NCBI GenBank assembly: GCA_965221905.1
Contig: OZ244922.1
Span: forward strand, 1,600,001 to 1,664,000
Source of the DNA: Chloroflexota bacterium
GTDB taxonomy: Bacteria; Chloroflexota; UBA11872; VXOZ01
Length of the DNA stretch: 64,000 nt
Direction of reading: 5' to 3'
The position numbers and the translations under genes were made by a program. The stretch's first letter is position 1. Every line of letters starts with the position of its first letter. This document shows, one piece after another, positions 61,067 through 64,000 of this stretch. The notes below the pieces were generated by a model, which saw only the letters and a list, made by a program, of their open reading frames with translations, searched no databases and had not been told where the DNA came from.

Positions 61067-61879
61067 TCAACATGCAATCTCCGATAGGAGCTGCGGCACG
61101 TCGGCGATTGAATCTACCACCCAATCGGGCTTGACCGAAGAAGCCTCCAGTGACTTGCGGCTGAACTTTCCCGTTCTTACCAATACACACAAGGCGCCAA
61201 CCGCCCGCGCTCCCGCGATGTCTGTCGTCACATCGTCGCCGACTACAACAGCTTCTTCAGGACTGCAACCGATGTGCCGAATAGCAATTCTAAAGAAGTC
61301 TGCTGATGGCTTACCAAGGACTCTCGCGGCCTTGCCGGACCCATACTCCAGGAGTTGCACGAAGGCCCCAGTATCCAGATTGTAGCCATCTTCGGACACA
61401 AAGTACCTTCCCCTTTGCAGGGCGAGCATCTCAGCCCCCGCCATAACGTGGCGGAACGCCGTGTTCAGCGCTGCGTAGCTCACGGAATCACGACAGTCTC
61501 CGACAACTACATAGTCTACGGCACCTTCCTCGGCAAGAAAAGGCGCAAACGCAGCAGTCAGTTCCTGCGAAACCAAACAGTAGCTACGCTTGTCAGGGTG
61601 CCGGCGCAAGAAGTGCAAACCTGCACTGACGGCACTAAAGATCTCCTCTTCTTCAACTGCCAAGCCCATTGCGGCCACCTCGCGTTGGAGGGTTTCGGCG
61701 GTCTTGGAGTCTGTATTCGTCAAGAAGCGCAACCCAAAATCCATTTTCCTCAGAGTTTCGAGGGTCCGCTGGGCGTTTGGAATTTGCGCGCCTCTGAAGT
61801 AGAGCGTACCGTCCAGATCAACCAAGAGAGCCTTAATGGGGTTGCCCAGTGTACTGCCTTTTCTCGCCTCGAAACGCAT
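61067..61879 (-). CDS. HAD-IIA family hydrolase (LHPP/HDHD2-like)
   Basis: DLDGTLY, FLTNT, LGKPS, VGDDVTTDIAGA, VRTGKF. Confidence 0.92.
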   Translation of the reverse strand: MRFEARKGSTLGNPIKALLVDLDGTLYFRGAQIPNAQRTLETLRKMDFGLRFLTNTDSKTAETLQREVAAMGLAVEEEEIFSAVSAGLHFLRRHPDKRSYCLVSQELTAAFAPFLAEEGAVDYVVVGDCRDSVSYAALNTAFRHVMAGAEMLALQRGRYFVSEDGYNLDTGAFVQLLEYGSGKAARVLGKPSADFFRIAIRHIGCSPEEAVVVGDDVTTDIAGARAVGALCVLVRTGKFSRKSLEASSVKPDWVVDSIADVPQLLSEIAC

Positions 61880-61916
61880 AGACTTTTGCCCACGCCACAA
61901 AGATGTTTCCAGTGGG

Positions 61917-63476
61917 TTACGTGAATTGCTGCGCCAGACCCATCGGCTCATTGCGAAACAGGCGCGAATCCATCTGCCGCAGATCGGGCGCGATGTGCGG
62001 CTTGAATGCCATGTGTGCCAGCAAGTCCCTTTGCATGTCCACGCCGGGGGCGATTTCTACAAGTGTCAGACCGTCATCGGTAAGAGTAAAGACCGCGCGT
62101 TCGGTCACATAGGTGATAGCACGTCCGAGTGAGCGCGCGTAGGCGCCGTTGAAGGTTATCTGCTCGACGGCTTGTACCAGCTTTGGATGCCTGCCCTCAC
62201 GGACGATCTGCAGGGTACCATCATGGACCGTAATCTCAAGGCCGCCGGCAGTGAAGGTGCCGCAAAACACGACACGCTTCGCGTTGTGGCTAATGTTGAT
62301 GAATCCGCCCGCGCCCGGCACGACGCTGCCAAAGCGGCTGACATTCACGTTGCCTGCGGCATCGATCTGGGCAGCGCCCAGGCAGGCGATGTCCAGCCCG
62401 CCGCCGTCGTAAAAGTCGAACATATACGGCGTGTCGATTAAAGCCGTGGGCATATAGGATGCGCCAAACGAAAAGCCGCCTGCGGGTACGCCCCCAATAG
62501 CGCCACTCTCCACGGTCATTACCAAATCAGCGATGATGTTTTCTTCCGCCGCTACTGCCGCCACGCTCTCCGGTAAGCCAATACCGAGATTGACGATGTC
62601 TCCTCGTCGCAGCTCAAGCGCGGCGCGGCGGGAAATAATCTTGCGTTCGTCGAGTGGATGCGGCGGAAAGTCCGGCGCCTCGCCGCGGGATTCGGAAACG
62701 TACGCCGGATTAAAGTCCTCGCTAAACGTCTGCCAGTGCTCGGCGGGATCGGCCACCGCGACGACATCTACGAGAATCCCGGGAATCTTGATCTGCCGCG
62801 TGGGCAGAGGTGTAGAAATTGTGCGCTCTACCTGCGCAATCACAGTGCCGCCGCAGTTGTGCACGGCCTGGGCAACGCTCAGCATCTCGCCGTAGACCGC
62901 TTCGCGTTCCATGCTGATGTTGCCGTCGGGATCGGCGGTAGTGCCCCGGATGAGGCCGACGTCGAGCTCGATACGCGGATAGAAGAGGCACTCTTTGCCG
63001 TTCAGTTTGAGAAGCTGCACGAGTTGCTCCGGTGTGGATGCCGGATTGACGCGTCCCCCTTCCAGGCGCGGGTCTACGAACGTGTGGAGACCCACGTGCG
63101 TGAGCGTGCCCGGCTTGCCCGCGGCAATGTCGCGGAAGAGATGAATGATGACGCCCTGGGGAAAGTTGTAGCCTTCGATCTTGCCGTCGAGGACGAGTTG
63201 GCATAACGTGGGGGCAAGGCCCCAGTGTCCGCCGATAATACGCTTGACAAGCCCTTCGTGGCCAAAGTGATTGAGGCCGCGCGTTTGGCGGTCGCCCTGA
63301 CCGGCGCCATACATCAGCGTAAGATTCCGTGGCTCGCCGGTCTGCAAAAAGCGCCGCTCTATTGCCGCGGAGAGGGCTTCGGGGTGCCCAATTCCGACGA
63401 ATCCACACACGCCGATGGCGTCCCCATCCTGGATGAGCCAAGCTGCTTGGTCAATTGAGAGAAACTTCCCCCCCAT
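61917..63476 (-). CDS. Acyl-CoA:acetate/3-ketoacid CoA-transferase (propionate CoA-transferase/YdiF-like)
   Basis: [26 protein letters not shown], catalytic [26 protein letters not shown]; RBS ggagga before ATG 63476. Confidence 0.93.
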   Translation of the reverse strand: MGGKFLSIDQAAWLIQDGDAIGVCGFVGIGHPEALSAAIERRFLQTGEPRNLTLMYGAGQGDRQTRGLNHFGHEGLVKRIIGGHWGLAPTLCQLVLDGKIEGYNFPQGVIIHLFRDIAAGKPGTLTHVGLHTFVDPRLEGGRVNPASTPEQLVQLLKLNGKECLFYPRIELDVGLIRGTTADPDGNISMEREAVYGEMLSVAQAVHNCGGTVIAQVERTISTPLPTRQIKIPGILVDVVAVADPAEHWQTFSEDFNPAYVSESRGEAPDFPPHPLDERKIISRRAALELRRGDIVNLGIGLPESVAAVAAEENIIADLVMTVESGAIGGVPAGGFSFGASYMPTALIDTPYMFDFYDGGGLDIACLGAAQIDAAGNVNVSRFGSVVPGAGGFINISHNAKRVVFCGTFTAGGLEITVHDGTLQIVREGRHPKLVQAVEQITFNGAYARSLGRAITYVTERAVFTLTDDGLTLVEIAPGVDMQRDLLAHMAFKPHIAPDLRQMDSRLFRNEPMGLAQQFT

Positions 63477-63835
63477 CCATCCTCCCTGGTCGTCGCCTCG
63501 GACTCGCGCACAATGCCCGACTGAAGATTCTGAACTCATATCGCGCCCAATCCGCGGGGGTGTAGGAAACTACGCTTTTGCCTAGCCACTACATGAGCAG
63601 CATGCTAGCTGCCCCTTATGATAGCGATTCTCAGAAGGTATGTCTTTGCGACCTCAGAGAGTTGTGTTTACCATGAAGAAGCTTGTCGACAGTTCGCTCG
63701 AACACTGGATACTGTAGAGGGACACAGCGTAGACACACCTGCGACCAACCGACCGTGGGCGGCCACATTTACAAAATTGTCTGAAATGTTACATAGTCCC
63801 AATGCATTTTGCTTGTGCCAGATGAAGGAATATAC

Positions 63836-64000
63836 ATGTCAGCGAATTCGTTTTCAGTTTGGGTTACCGGCTGTGCGCATGTAGGTACAGACAAGAGATT
63901 TGGCCGCGAGAGCTTGGCCGAGGCGATTCGCCAGTCCGAACACGGCGGCGCCGAGGGCGGACCGCCGTTTCACTGGGACATCATGCTGCATCTCGGCGAT
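63836..64000 (+). CDS. Probable calcineurin-like metallophosphoesterase (partial, runs off right edge; absent from ORF track)
   Basis: RBS aagga; MSANSFSVWVTGCAHVGTDKRFGRESLAEAIRQSEHGGAEGGPPFHWDIMLHLGD (motif I xxH, motif II GD). Confidence 0.65.
   Translation, partial: MSANSFSVWVTGCAHVGTDKRFGRESLAEAIRQSEHGGAEGGPPFHWDIMLHLGD

Overview
About 59% GC bacterial chromosome segment, most consistent with a Chloroflexota. This is inferred from the double-zinc-ribbon membrane protein, the Tat-exported lipoprotein solute-binding proteins and the CofC-like protein; the redundancy of catabolic paralogs and the repeat load resemble host-associated, e.g. sponge-type, lineages. It carries about 50 CDS. Housekeeping genes: accD-accA, rsmG, lepB, radC, acnA, split transketolase, a SufT-like factor, nagB and an NfeD/SPFH pair. 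Catabolic genes: six Gfo/Idh/MocA oxidoreductases, two TIM-barrel epimerases, three orphan solute-binding lipoproteins, a ROK-regulated enolase/2-hydroxyacid dehydrogenase cluster, a MetE-like gene and a CoA-transferase-HAD-thiolase-reductase unit. RNA genes: tRNA-Leu(CAG) and a probable 6S RNA. No transposase, integrase catalytic domain, CRISPR or rRNA was seen. Most notable: (1) GreA fused to a tyrosine-recombinase core-binding (SAM-like) domain directly behind the tRNA; (2) at least six palindromic REP families, often packaged inside short TIR-bounded elements, with one nested insertion showing a 5-bp target duplication, one apparent in-frame insertion in a protein-coding gene and one 42-bp tandem array; (3) a lipoprotein built from five Cys-paired helical repeats behind a highly structured leader; (4) several enzymes with substituted catalytic residues. 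All calls were made by eye from motifs; no searches were run.
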